Below, one piece after another: positions 25,073-38,860 of a stretch of DNA of 64,000 bases. Every line of letters begins with the position of its first letter. The first letter of the stretch is position 1. The translations under genes and the position numbers were made by a program. Below the pieces are notes generated by a model. The model searched no databases, was not told the origin of the DNA, and worked only from the letters and a program-made list of their open reading frames with translations. Location of the stretch: positions 16,039,881-16,103,880 of the forward strand of contig NC_092678.1 in assembly GCF_964355755.1 (NCBI RefSeq), given 5' to 3'. Source of the DNA: Antedon mediterranea (Eukaryota > Animalia > Echinodermata).

Positions 25073-27922
25073 GTAAGTTTCTATGTATTGAGCAATTAAA
25101 AAAAAAGTGCAAAACAACGTTTCAGATAGGTCAACTGGTAGATCGTAGTCGTTGTAGGCCCATAGACAATTTCCGTAACAGTAGGCTAATCCTAACCAGA
25201 AGGCTGATATTTCTTCTTGCCCTGGCATTACTATTGTTCATTCGGGACTGTTGTGACCCGAGTATTCAGCAATCTGTCTATCCACGATATTGGCTAAATA
25301 ATGATTAAACTGTATGATTAAACTAGACATCTATTCAGTGAAAGACCAAAACTATTTGATTTACACTAGGCTACTTTCAATTTACAACACATGCTGTTTA
25401 ATCTGCAATAGCTCCATACTATGTAATACTAATGCAACTTGTAGTGCTAATATTGATACTAGTACGGTATTTAAACGCATGCACTATTGACTAATATTCT
25501 GCAATAAGATAACCAATTATAAAGTTATACGGTTACGGTTTCTAAGACGCCTACAACAGTTGGGGGAAATTCTGGAATTTAAACAGGCACAACTGAAACA
25601 AGAAGAATTTCTCTCAATCAATATACGATCACCTTGGACCAGAAAAAGTAGCCAGACTACCAGTTTTCCATGCTATCACTGGATGTCACTATTGACCCAA
25701 TAATTCCCAATCCATGCCAAATGACTAGTTTATAGAGAACGGCAAACTAAGACCAATATTTTCTCAGAAGCAGGCTGAAAACAAATCTACAATATACCGA
25801 GATGTGTAAATGCGAAACAGACTAACTGCCACAATATTATGACCAATGTTGTCTACATCCGTTTCGGACAGTGATAAGGCTGACGAAAGTGACGAAGAAT
25901 AAGTGAAGTAATTGAAAACACAAATGTTATTATGTTGTTATGTTGGTAATGTTATAGCCCATGTATTTAATCAAAGTTAAAGAAAAACCAATTTTATTAT
26001 GTGGCCATTTCAGATAAAAATGAGGGCCATGTTGAATAATATGGCGGCCATTTTGGTTGAAATGTCAGCCAATGTTCTGTTACACAAATGATGTGAAAAT
26101 ATTATTTGAACATTTATTGTTACTTACCTATATGATTGAATTTCTCTCGATAACATTTTTTAATGCTAAAAAGTACAATATTTTTAAAATAATTGTCAAA
26201 AATGACGGCCACTTTGAAATTGCTGCCAACCCCCCTTGCCTATGAACACACAATTAGCAAATACTTTTTGGATTCATTGATGTCTATTCTACAACATATC
26301 CAATTGTTACCAAATATTTGATTGATATATGTGGCCATTTTAGATAAAATGATAGCCATATTCGATAAAATGGCGGCCATTTTGGGCATAATGGCGGCCA
26401 TTTTGGCTTGTTCAGTTACAAAAATAATGTGAAATTTTTATTTGAACATTTATTGTTACTTTTATGATTGAATTTCTATCTCGATAAAATCTTTTAATGT
26501 CATAAACTTACAATATTTGAAACAATTTTGTCCAAATTTGCGGCTATTTTGAAATTGCTGCCAATCCCCCTTGCGTATGAAAAAATACTTTTTAGATTCA
26601 GTGATGTCTATTCTACAACATATCTAATGTTTACCAACTATATGTGAATAAAAGTTTAAAAAAATGTTTGATTGATGTGTGGCCATATTAGAAAAAATGG
26701 TGGCCATGTTGGATAAAATGGCAGCCATTTAGGGCATAATGGCGGCCATTTTGGCTTGTTCAGTTACAAAAATGATGTGAAATATTCTTTGAACATTTAT
26801 TGTTACTTTTATGATTTAATTTCTATCTCGATAACATTTTTTAATGTCATAAACTTACAATATTTTAAACAATTTTGTCCAAAATGGCGGCCAATTTGAA
26901 ATGGCTGCTAACCCACATTCCTTATGAAAAAAAAATGGAGCAAATACTTTTTTGATTCAGTGATGTCTATTCTACAACATATCCAATTTTTACCAAATAT
27001 AGCAACAAAAAAATGAAACCTTCCGAAATACCCTAGACTACACTATTATTAGCCCTACCCTTTCTTTTTCTGGTGAATGAATATCATTTTTTAAACACTA
27101 TAATCTGGACTTTTTAAATATAAGACCACACCGAATATTTTATTCAATTTTGATTGTATCATTAATAATGAATGCTGTATGTAAATCTACATATTTCCGT
27201 TGTTATACCTATGTGTAGTTTTCGCGGTGTAAAAACGCAGAGAGAGAGAGAGAGAGCGCCAGCCTCTCAATTGTCTAGGCGTTCTTATTATAACATATTC
27301 ATATTAGACTGTGTACAATTATATTGGTTCAGTATTGTATTATTCAGTATTTTTAATTCAGTATAATGTTTAGTGTCTGATTACGTGACTTTTCCGTAAT
27401 CAAAATTACATTTGCGTGAGTGTGCTTTATGTGAGGTGTCCGTATAGCTTGCAAGTCATTTGATAAATTACATATGAATTTAAAATAATTTCAATTTAAT
27501 TCGGTAAATAATATATGGTTAGCAATTTCCGTTTATTATGTGTCCAGTTTTAACTGAACAAGGAAAGACAGCACCAAATCTACTCTTATGCCAAAACCTG
27601 AATCTGCACATGCGCCAAAGCTTGGTGTTCCACACATATGGGTGAAACATGAATAAAAATAAACATTAGAGACTACTTATACCAGGTAAATCAAATGTAC
27701 AAATAACATATGTCCATCGTCTTCTTCTTTACTTATGTAAAATTACATAAACATTAGCTGACGTCTCACTGAGTTCATGTTATTGTTTGAATTCATAAAC
27801 TGACAATTTTTAGTATGTTATATGTAGAAAGAAATGATAACAATTGTAAATTGTAGCGAATTACGATTTCCAATGAATTCTCAAATGTTGTTGATTTAAA
27901 TCAGTCGGTCAATTGTTGTTTA

Positions 27923-29358
27923 CTAGATGGTACGCTCGCTTCGCTCGCGTACCATCTAGGTCTTGCCCACAGATGGTTCTCGAATACATAATAATTTCAG
28001 CGTTAAAAAACTGGCGATTTCAAATGTACGTACCGCAGGACAATAATACATGTCGTTTACAGGAACGAATAAATAGACACTGTGATTTATGTACTCAACT
28101 AAAATTAGCACTCTGGGAATTACTTCAGAAAGAGAAACTTGTCACAAAATGAGACCAATTGTTTAAGTCAAATTTAAACAAACTTAATTTGTGTTTTGTA
28201 TGTAACATTATGGTTGAGGGGTGGGGAAGAGGATGGGTGCAAAGAGTTAAATATATTCTTTATCCATAGTAACGAAATATTAATTGTTTTCATGTTTTAC
28301 AAATAATATACCACTAAACACAGTAAAACATTGCGATTTAATACTTTCTTGAAACTATCACCGTCATAGTCGATTGAAATAGTACAGTGCATGTAACGAT
28401 ACATCACTACGACGTGTATATGTTTATATAATGTAAAACAATTTGTGAAAACCACCTCTATTCGAGGAAAATCATAAATTCGATTTAATCGTCAATAAAT
28501 ATTAAAAATTAATTTTCTAACTCAACTTAATTAGTAGGCCTAATGGTTTTCAATTGTTTCTTAGAGCCAATTCATACTTTAGTTGGTTCCTACCCTACCC
28601 ACCAAAGTTGTTCTGTGTTTAGGGCATGTGATGTACCGTAGGCCTATCCTCTACTGGTTTTACAACGCTACTCATGCCAGTGAGGGAAGGGTGATGATGT
28701 GGGTGGTTTAACTGCAATAATAAAGATGTATACATAATATACGGCGACTGAAAACGCAAGCACATTATCCGTTAAAAAAATTTATATCCAACCTCTGCAG
28801 CACAGATTGAAAAAAAAATTGATCGAATTTCTGTTATGAGTATACAGTACTTGCCTTTACGACGCCTGAGGGAATAGACGCTTGTGGAACAGAGATTGGA
28901 ATGTTCCATTCATCGCAAATCAATACATTTGTATAAACGTATATTAAATCTATCAAAATAGTATTTTTTAAAGAAAATCGGCCTGTCTTCAACATTATGA
29001 TACTGTACTCTAGCTGTTCAACCGGTTTTCAGCTATTAAAATCAATTATCGTAGGAGGAGATAGGACAATGCGAAGCCTCCTCGCATTTTTGTGGCGGGT
29101 ATTTTTCAAGATGGACATCCATTAGATAGTGTATACCACGATCAAAAAACACCCCGATTTGGGGCAAATCGTTGAACCTAAATTCGTTTAATCGTCAATA
29201 ACTAATTATCTAACTTAATTTAATTAGTAAACAGGGTTACATTAGGTGGTTAAAATCAGTACCGAAAGTACGAACCAACTTTATATAACATCGAGTAAAA
29301 ATTATAGAAGTAAGGCGCGATTTACAGAATTTTGCCCTTACGTAAATTTATATATAGA
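27923..29358 (-). mobile_element. Non-autonomous Helitron
   Basis: 5' TC, 3' hairpin plus CTAG on the minus strand; inserted at A|T with no TSD (empty site gttta|tactatg near 16900). Confidence 0.9.
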
Positions 29359-29929
29359 TACTATGTTCTACAGAACTGACAAGTTTTCAGTAGAAAAGAA
29401 TTACGGTTGCTTAAGATAGAAATTATTGTGTAAAATTGCGGAAAATTAAAATGTCCAATCCACAAACTATAAGTTTTAAAACACGGCCATATAGATGGCT
29501 GCAATCGCGTGCTCAAGGTAGTGTTTACCGACCGACCGACCGGCCGACCAACCGACCTACCGACCGACCGACCGACAAACCGACCGACATAGTGAGTTGT
29601 AGAATCGCGTTGCACGCACGCGACTAAAAATCAGTCGGGCAATTGTTGTTACTATGGTCTACAGTATTTACCAGTATTCTGTAGAAAGAGAATCATGGTT
29701 GGGAATTCCTCAAGATAAAAACAATTGTGTACAATTGTGGAGAATTACGACTTTCAATCATTTCTCATTTATATTTTGTTTATTTAAAAAGTAAAACAAT
29801 TTGAAGTACTTGAAAGCATACTCACGAATAGAACAGTTTGAAAAAGATATACACTAATAATAGTTACCAGCAGTATAATTAATTCACAAATAATAATAAT
29901 GATTTTAAAACAAAGTATAGTACCTATAC

Positions 29930-30035
29930 CATGATCATAGATGTAATCATCACTAGAGTAATATAATGACGATGAAGACGAAGATCTTGAAAAAGGTATA
30001 GCAACCAACAGCATAATAACGCTAAAGATAGGCAT
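29930..30035 (-). CDS. Signal-peptide exon of the CUB-LRR gene, copy 2
   Basis: MPIFSVIMLLVAIPFSRSSSSSSLYYSSDDYIYDH plus G|gtatag; open frame, 106 bp. Confidence 0.55.
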
Positions 30036-31900
30036 TAGGTTTCGTAATTCTGTACTGATTCGTTGACAATTTTACGCAATTTCGTAAGTTTACTCACTCG
30101 TATTTCGTGAATTAAACTTAGCTCCGTGATTCTTTCCAATTTATAACACTTGTTTTCGGTGGTCTTCATTAAATTATGATATTGCTTTTAGACAATTTAA
30201 AAAATTGATAGATAAATCGTATCACCAGGCCTATACTAAATAAGTTATGATTTTGTTACAGATTTTGCAATAACTATGTTATTCTACAATAATGTTAAAC
30301 TTTATACGATATAGGCTCTAGATCTGATCCTTTTTTTTTTCACACAAGAGATGACAATGAATGTGTGCCGATACATATGTGTTCTTAACTGGTGACGTAG
30401 GCCTACACGGCATTGTATACACAGTTGCAGTGGGATTGACAGGATTTTTATTCCAAATACTTAAAAGATTAAAATACCATTTGAGTAACCAGAATGTGAC
30501 GAAATCAGAGGCGAATTCAATGGGAGGGGAGGACCAGCCAGCCCTGTTCGTCTTATAAACGTGGGCCGCTGATGATACAAAGGCGTTTGTTCAATAAAGT
30601 TTACTTTACCGTTCAATCTCTGCTAAAACTCCTAGTACAACTCACCTGGAATAATCACTTCCGATTGTGTTGTTAAGTTTGTAAACGTTTAATTGAATTA
30701 TCAGATATATCCTTTGATTAATTATTTATTTGTTTATCAACCGTTGAGAGAAGATTGATTGATTGTATACGAGTACATATGTTAAAGTCTTCATTTTGCC
30801 AATAGTTGTTATACATAATGAATATAACGTATTTCATCGTAATATTTATGTTTCAAAGAAGTAATAATTATTAAATCTTCTTATCTGCTTCAGATAAAAT
30901 ATTTATGTTTAAGCAAAAGTTGTATATGTTTGTTGTTTTCATTATGTTCATATTGAACATACATACACATTGTTATTATTTATTTTTATGTATGTTGAAT
31001 TGATAAACCAAATTATTTCAATACTATGCTGATGGATAAATTTGGTGACTAAATTGTTGATAAATAAATCATAATAACTTCAAATTATGTTGATGTTTCA
31101 ACATAGCCCTTTTCTCTGTCTCGTATCTTTTTCATAATTCCCCTTCCATTCAATAAATAGCAAGATTCATGAAATTCCTATTGACTTCATTAAATTTAAA
31201 AGATGGGTTTTCTTTACAGAAACTCTGGAGAATAATATTGCAAAAAATAGAAATAAGTATAATGTCCATATTAAAAAATGCCGGTTAATTTGCATATTGT
31301 ATGGTTTTTTTTTGTATTCTTAAACCAGGTGGTGCGATTTGCACGCAATGTTTTTTTTTTCACCGGACTATTATGATCACTTGTTACGGACTATCAGGTC
31401 TGATCCCGACGATAACTGTTTTTATTTTTTTTTGTCTTGTGTGGGTTCGTCCCACTTTTATTATAGTTCTATAAATATAATAATATATGTATATATGCAC
31501 ATTTTTATATTTCTCTTATTTATACATATCTTTTGAACAGTATATACATAAGACTAAGATTATTTTAATTTTAAAAACACATTTACATTCATATACATTT
31601 TTTAAAATACAATTAGTTGAAATATGTCGATGGCAATAAAATGACGATACAAATTGATTTAAAAAAAAACGTAGTTATGAAAAAGTGATTATTGTTGTTT
31701 TATTCTGTCCGTGTCCGTGTCTGGGTAGAGAGGCTATAAACTCAGGGGAAGAATATAAAGAATTTTCCCTTTTCACCAAGAAAAAAATGGATTAGATGAA
31801 ATCGAAGAGCTTGAAAAAAGGGTGTTTAGAATGGATAGGATGGAATGATATATATATAATGAAAACCGTAAAGATAGAGTCCATACTAAGTGCAAGTCCA

Positions 31901-34900
31901 CACTGTAAAAAAAAAATTGTTAAATTTACGGTAAAAAGCTGGCAGCAGTTTTGCCAATGAAAACCCGTCAAATTTACGGTTAAACTGTAAATATTGTGTA
32001 ACGGTCAAAAACCGCAAAACTAACATTTGTTTGTAATTTATTTTACGGTTAATTGTATTTTGTTCTACAATATACTCTAAAACAATTTTTCAGTTTACAA
32101 AAATTTACAAAATTACATTGAAATGTAAAATAATTTACAGTAGACTGTATTAAAACAGTTTCCCGTAAATTAAATTACAGTGAACTGTTAAAGCATTTAC
32201 GGTTTTCCAAAAAATAACCTTGTATTTTACGGTTTTTGCTTGGCAAAACTGCTGCCAGCCTTTTGCTGTAAATTTTTCAATGTTTTCTTTTCTTTACAGA
32301 TGAGTCACATACAGTGCATCAGGAAACAAGTTGTTCATATACGATAGCAATATTTAGATTTTTACTCCAAAATGTACAACACTTTGTATTTTCACATTAC
32401 TACGTAAGACTGAAATGAATAAAGCAAAGCATTGTTATGGTTAACAAGGTACACTATTTATTACACATTCTACGATTATATTACAAGATTACAGGATAAA
32501 GTCCTAAATCACATATTACAAACCAAATTGTATTGTTACACGTAATAGATTTGTACTTTTTGTCTGTTGTATAAAAACTTCTAACGAATTCTAGTTTTCT
32601 TTAAATTAATGTATAAATGTAATGAAATGTACTTAAATTTGATTATGAATTGCAAAAAGATTATTATTGATTTAAAAAAAAACAACAGTGGCCTGCATCG
32701 TCAAAGATCAAAGTCCAGGAGCCTATCCTGGCAAGTCCAGCTCATTGTCCTGTTGATTGATGAACATGCCTGTCAAAATTATAAAAATATATTATAAATA
32801 AAATTAAATATTAATTATTCCACAACATATATTACAGATCAGGTGATACAATTGTAATGAAATGTTAGCTTCAATTCAAGGTTAATTATAATTATTTAAA
32901 CTGTAAAATTATAATCATAAGCGTATTGTTGTCCGAGCAAATCAAAGTGCTTAATACAATAAAGCACAAGTAACTCACACCCAGGGCTGGCAGTGTTGTA
33001 ACAATAACATGAACACTTTAGTTGCTTTAAAGCTATATAATACTTTTTAGAAATATGTACTGTATTTTATCATATCCTAATATTACTTGTATTGTAGTTT
33101 TTAAATCGAAGGGGTGTTATATTTTGAATAAATATATGTTACCATTTTACACCCAAAAATAAATGTCCCTCCTTCCCTTCTGAACATTTCATTTAATAAA
33201 TACGGTTTCTATGTATGCAAACACTGATAAATGTACATTTGCTATTTCTAGGGGTTCTACAAACAATCAATTTTAATTAATTAAAAAAAGTGTAAAGGGG
33301 CTGAGCCAGATTGTTGTAATTTTTACCCAAATTAGGTCATTTTAAATCTCAAAATAAATCATGATTAAATTCAAAATAAATATTTAAACCACCTACTGTT
33401 TATGTAGTCAATTCCAGGTCACTCATTTTGTTGATTATGGTGAGAACCTTAGGATGTATTGAATAATTATTATTTTTCTGACTGCTGATTTTGACCCTTT
33501 GTCAGGATTCATTAGCATAAAGCATCTGAAAGAACCAAAATAATGTAGTTTATCATAAATTTGATACTGGAAAAGAATAAGCAAATTGCCTTTTATTACT
33601 AATTAGGAAAAAAGATTAAAGCATTCTAATATTTATAGTTGTGAACTGTTAAAAGGCTTGCTTTTATAGTCACTTTCAAATGAAAGACACATTATCCGGC
33701 CGGTCCCAATTACATTTTTCTTAAAAAGTTGTACGTAGGCCTAGGTAGGCACTATAGGCCTAGGCCTAGTAGTTAATAGGCATATTATTGTTATTTAATA
33801 ATAACTATAAATACTGTCAATTCCTGAAAAGATACAAGTAAGCCTACTAGGCATAGGCCTACTTGTATACAATTTATGGTGGAATAATAATATTTAATAT
33901 AATATAAATAGAAAAGTACATTTTAATTTTTAATTACTTTATTGAATAATGTTAATTCCTGAAAGTATACGTATTTAAAGCCCCATTCCCTACGTTTTTT
34001 AGATCTAATTTAAGATCACAAACTATATTTAATGTAAAAATAATACTATATGGTCCTATTGCGATAACTTTTTTCGTCTTTAAACGGTTAAAAATGTGAA
34101 AAATAAATCGATTCTAATAATTATAGCGGCCCGCTATAAATCCCAAAATGCATTGCGCGCGGATTGATATTTTTGTTTTTCACCTGTATTTCGCCCACTT
34201 TTCGATCGATCGTGAAGCCAAAACAAATGGAAGACTCCTAACTTTTCAGCGAAAATACCGGGTTTTCCCCAATTTGTATCAACGGAGTCTGGCAAAAATA
34301 GAAAGACAATTAATGCAGCAACTATACAACGTCAGGCTAGGTATATAGCTAGCGTACGATGTTCGTACGTTATCGATGTTTACCAGCTAGGCCTACAAAA
34401 CTAAGCCTAGCTAGGCTAGGCCTAAGACCGTTCACGAGAGGTTGATCGCCGCGAGCTACTTAGGTAGTGCATTGTTTCTCACTTTTTATCATAATTTACC
34501 ATAAAACGTACATTTAAGACAAGGAATGACATGGTTTAATGTTTTTAAAGTGATATATATGTATTATTTTCCAAAAAACGTCCAAAATTGCAGGGAAGGG
34601 GTATTTAACATGTTGACCTAGGCCTACTACTACTACTACGGCTCCCTTTCACTTTCATCAACAACAAGACCTAGCTAGGTCTACTACTAGCCTAGCATTT
34701 GTATTTTGTACTGTACGGCTTAGCCTAGGCCTACCTCATGATTGCTGAGTGAGTCCTGGCCTAGGCCTAGGCTTGTTTAGGCAGGCCTATAATGTACAGC
34801 AGCAGTAGGCTATGTCAGGCCAGAGTCTGCGAGTAAGTCAAGCCTAGCCTGGCTCTCTCTAACAGTTTTAACATAATATACATTTACTACCTAGTTTACC

Positions 34901-35190
34901 TAAAATTAATAAAACAGACCACTAACCATAACTCTTAGTCTTAACTCGATCTTCTCAGTAAAAATGTAAATGACTGACACGCGGGTAAATTTCAAATCTG
35001 AACACAGACGACGCATGCTCAGATTAATTAAATTACAGTGCCACCAACGAATTGGTACAAAAATTATTACTTACAGTAAATAGTTGTAAAAAGGCGGAAA
35101 TTAACAGTAAACGACTGTAATTAGTAAAAAGGGTCGGATGTAATTTTTACAGTCAAAAAATTGTAAATTTAACCGGTTTTTTTTACAGTG
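31901..35190. mobile_element. Non-autonomous CACTA/EnSpm-like element, 2-bp TSD CA
   Basis: Termini cactgtaaaaaa / ttttttacagtg, subterminal tttacgg/ttacag repeats; empty site gtc-ca-aggtaat near 19425 in unit 1. Confidence 0.85.
33979..34604. mobile_element. TTAA-targeted MITE nested in the CACTA-like element
   Basis: ttaa|agccccattcccta...cagggaaggggtat|ttaa; absent at the matching site near 47190 in unit 3. Confidence 0.75.
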
Positions 35191-35305
35191 CAAGGTAATA
35201 TTTTGGCTCTGTGTGTATGTGAGACGCTTCATACCCGGATGACATATCTTAAAAGTAATATAGTTACTAGGCCTATATACAATGTATTTAAGAGATACAA
35301 ATAGC

Positions 35306-38300
35306 ATTTTTTTATTTCATTAATTTAATGAGATTTTCCTTTATATCGCCCCATTTACATTGAGCTTTAAAGTAGTAGCACTTATACTCATTTTCAATTA
35401 AATGCTTTACTTCAGTAATAAAAAGATTCCAGATCTTTTTCCATAGTTGTTTCCTTTTTTTCAGGTTTTGTTAATAATATGCAACTTATATATAGAGAAT
35501 ACAAATAATGAAATCAATTCATTTACAATTATGTTATTTGATTCAGTAATCATTGTAGACCAAGTTATTGTGTCTTAGTTTGAAAAGCTCTTAGCTACGA
35601 CATTTTTAAATTTAAGCCATATCCATTGAATTACACTGCATTTATATAACATGTGTTTTTCAGTTTCAACCTTGTTTATACATTTATCACATGAATCATT
35701 ACATGCTAAGTTCCAGATTTTCTATCGTTTTTTACATGGTAGTTTTCTATGCAAAAGTTTAAAATTAAATTGAGCAACTTTGGGTATATGTTTTAGTCTA
35801 TAAACTTTATAGTACCAAACATTACTCCAATCAATGTCTACCTTACCTGGTTCTATTTCCCATTTTGTTTGTGAATTTGGTATATTTGAACATCTATTAA
35901 TAAAATCATTATAGAAGACGGTTCCTTTATTTTTCATTTAAAGTCGTAGACTAGGAATACTATTGTCTTCCTTTTTTGTATTATCTTTTTCAATAATTTC
36001 TTTCCACTCTTTTCGTATGGCTTTTTACAATTACAAATATTCAATTAAGGCGTTATGCCTTTTATACAGTTTAGGAAATATTTCACAAGGTGAAAGTACT
36101 CTATCATTCATGTAAATATCTCCGATTGTTTTAAACCCAGAAGCAAACCATACTTTAAAATACATAGATTTATTGTTCAATATGATATATTTGTTTTCCC
36201 ATAATTGTTGGCTTTTTATTTCCATAGTAGTATTTCCAGTCCATTTATCTGGATCTGGGCTTATTTGTCTCTTAACCCAGGTTAGTTTGAGAGATTCTAT
36301 CACCGAAGTGAGATCTGGCATATTCAAACCACCTTCTTCCACATTTCTAATTAATGTTGTTCGTTTTATTTTTTATTTTTTATTACCCCAAAGGAAGTCA
36401 TATAACAGTTTTTCTATTTTTTGTAATTATTTCTTTAGGCACCTCAATAATACTAGCAGTATAGATAAACCTTGATATTGCTAGTGTTTTTATAATATTA
36501 ATTTTACCAAAAAAACTTAGGTTACGTCTTTTCCATAATTTTAATACATTTTCTAACTGTTTTTATGTGTGTTTTTTGTCATGGTGGTTTTGTATTGCTT
36601 GTATACCTTTTTTGATCTTTTTTCTGTCAATTCTGTAATTAAAATCAAGATGCATCAGCAACCTTATATATAATGAATAATACCATTGATAATACCGATA
36701 TTCATATGTGTTCCTTAAATGTACGGGGATTAAGACAATCAGACAAAAGGAGAGAACTCTTTTCATGATTAGGGAAAACTGACCATAATATAATTTTTCT
36801 ACAAGAAACGCATAGTGATGTAAACTGTGAAAAGCACTGGGCGGAAGAGTGGGGTTCTAAAATCTTTTTTAATCATGGTAAAATAAATAGTGCAGGGGTT
36901 CCCGTATTGTTTAAACATAATCAAGATCTTGTTGTAGATAAAATTGTCGGTGATGAAAATGGTAGGATTATAGAAATACAAATAGAAAGCAAGAATTATA
37001 CGCTGGTTTATGTATATGCCCCAAATGAGGATGACCCAAATTTTTTTTATTCATTTGGCAGAGATCAAATTAAATAATTTAAAACCGAAACTATTATAAT
37101 TGGAGGAGATTTTAATTGTGTTTTAAATATAATGTTGGATAAAGAGGGAGACAGAAAAAGTACAAATAAAAAAGCTCGTCTTGAAATTTTAAATATTATT
37201 GATGAATTTAATTTAACCGATATATGGAGAAATCAAAATAAAAATACAAAGAAATTTCCATGGCGATCTACCGGGCTACCTCCTATTCAATGTAGATTAG
37301 ATTATTTTCTTATCTCAAAACACCTGTTAAATGTCGTGGAGCATACTGATATAAAACCGGGTTATAAAACAAACCACTCTAAAATCACTTTATCTTTCAA
37401 TCCTACAAAACAAGGAAGGGGACCTGTGGCCGTATTCACCAATCACACTTAAGTGAGATATTTCCCTTAAATCCTAAGGATTTCCCTTAAATCAAGAAAA
37501 TATTAAGGGTTTCACTTAAGTGGTATTCACAAAGGGTTTAAGGTTAAGGGAAACTCTTAACTTGGTCTATTTTCCCCTTAACTTTTAAGGGACCTCAGAG
37601 GTCCCTTAAAAGTTCCCTTAACTATTCAGTACCTTGGTTGTGCTGACGATTCTGTATGTGCGAGTACTATGCATACTTGCAGATAGCCCCAGTCTAGGCT
37701 AGGTAGAGATGCTAGGCCCCCTGTTGGTCTGCCCACTAACCAGCCTAGGATTCATGTTTGGTTTGAGTAGCATCTAGACCTTTTTTGCTGATCCCCACCC
37801 ATACAAATTAGTCTATGCCTATATATTGATTTATTTGTTTTGTTTTGACTGCCATTATTTTTGTGGAAGATGGCTTCCCATTTCGTTGTAATAGAAATTA
37901 TCCCCATTCTAGTAGGCTAGGTAGAGATGCTAGGCCCCCTGTTGGTCTGCCCAGTAACCAGCCTAGGATGCATATGCCTCAATACAGACAGGTTTAGGCC
38001 TACACAGAATGTTGGTTTGTTAGTAGCATCTAGGCTAGACCTATTTTTCTTGATCCACATACAAATTAGTCTAGGTTTAATATTCATTTACTTGTTTTTG
38101 TTTTGACTGCCATCGTCATGTCCATACACTTTTCTCTTCATCCTCCCCTTCCCCCCAACCCCTTATTCTTTTTTTAAATATGCAAAGTAGTTTTAGAGAG
38201 GAAAGTGATTGGACCATAGGGGAATTAAATCCTCAGTGATTGGACAATGGGACAACTCATGAATATTTATGATTATTTTTACCCTTAAGTTTTACCCTTA

Positions 38301-38688
38301 AATTAAGTGTTTTCCTTAGGTAAGTGAATCCCTTAACTCATTTGTGAATACCCCTTAAGTGTTTCCCTTTGTTAAGGGAATTCTTAAATTTTAAGGGTAA
38401 GTATTTCCCTTAGCCTAAGTGAGATTGGTGAATACGGCCCCTGGGTTCTGGAAATTCAATGTTTCACTACTGAAAGACCAGCAATATGCTACCGAAGCAA
38501 AATTACTAATTTTCAAAACTATCACAAAAAATGAAAATATGAATCCTGGTATGTTATGGGATTTAATAAAGTTTCAATTGAGAGAGTTAACAATACGCCA
38601 CGCAAGTAGAATAAAAAGACAGAGAAATGAAAGGGAGAAACAATTAAATGAAGACATAGAGAAACTAGAAATGGATTTTGCAGGGAAT
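35306..38688. mobile_element. Inverted L1/Tx1-like LINE, unit 2 copy
   Basis: Same divergent 3' (minus) and endonuclease (plus) halves, junction near 36563. Confidence 0.85.
37427..38440. mobile_element. PIF/Harbinger-type MITE, 3-bp TSD CTG
   Basis: TIRs ggccgtattcaccaatc / gattggtgaatacggccc, many ccttaa subrepeats; empty site ggac-ctg-ggttc near 24652. Confidence 0.85.
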
Positions 38689-38790
38689 TATTTGCCTAAA
38701 TATATTAACAACAAAAAAACAATACCAAAATGTACATCGTAAAATACATCAGGATAAATATCAAAGTGTTGCTTATTTCTTTTTGAACAG

Positions 38791-38860
38791 TTCTTCCTAT
38801 CATACCAGTTACAATCATTGCTGCTGTGAAGTGTGAAGAAACATATTCTAATGGAGATTA
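38791..38860 (+). CDS. Adhesion GPCR TM4-ECL2 exon, copy in unit 2
   Basis: Same 70-bp exon with intact AG and GTAAGT sites as 25003-25072. Confidence 0.75.

Larger units (their letters stand above)
14908..25539 (+). repeat. Tandem segmental triplication, unit 1
   Basis: Begins ttctaaggcgcctacaacagttgggg; colinear with 25540-39302 and 39303-50250. Confidence 0.95.
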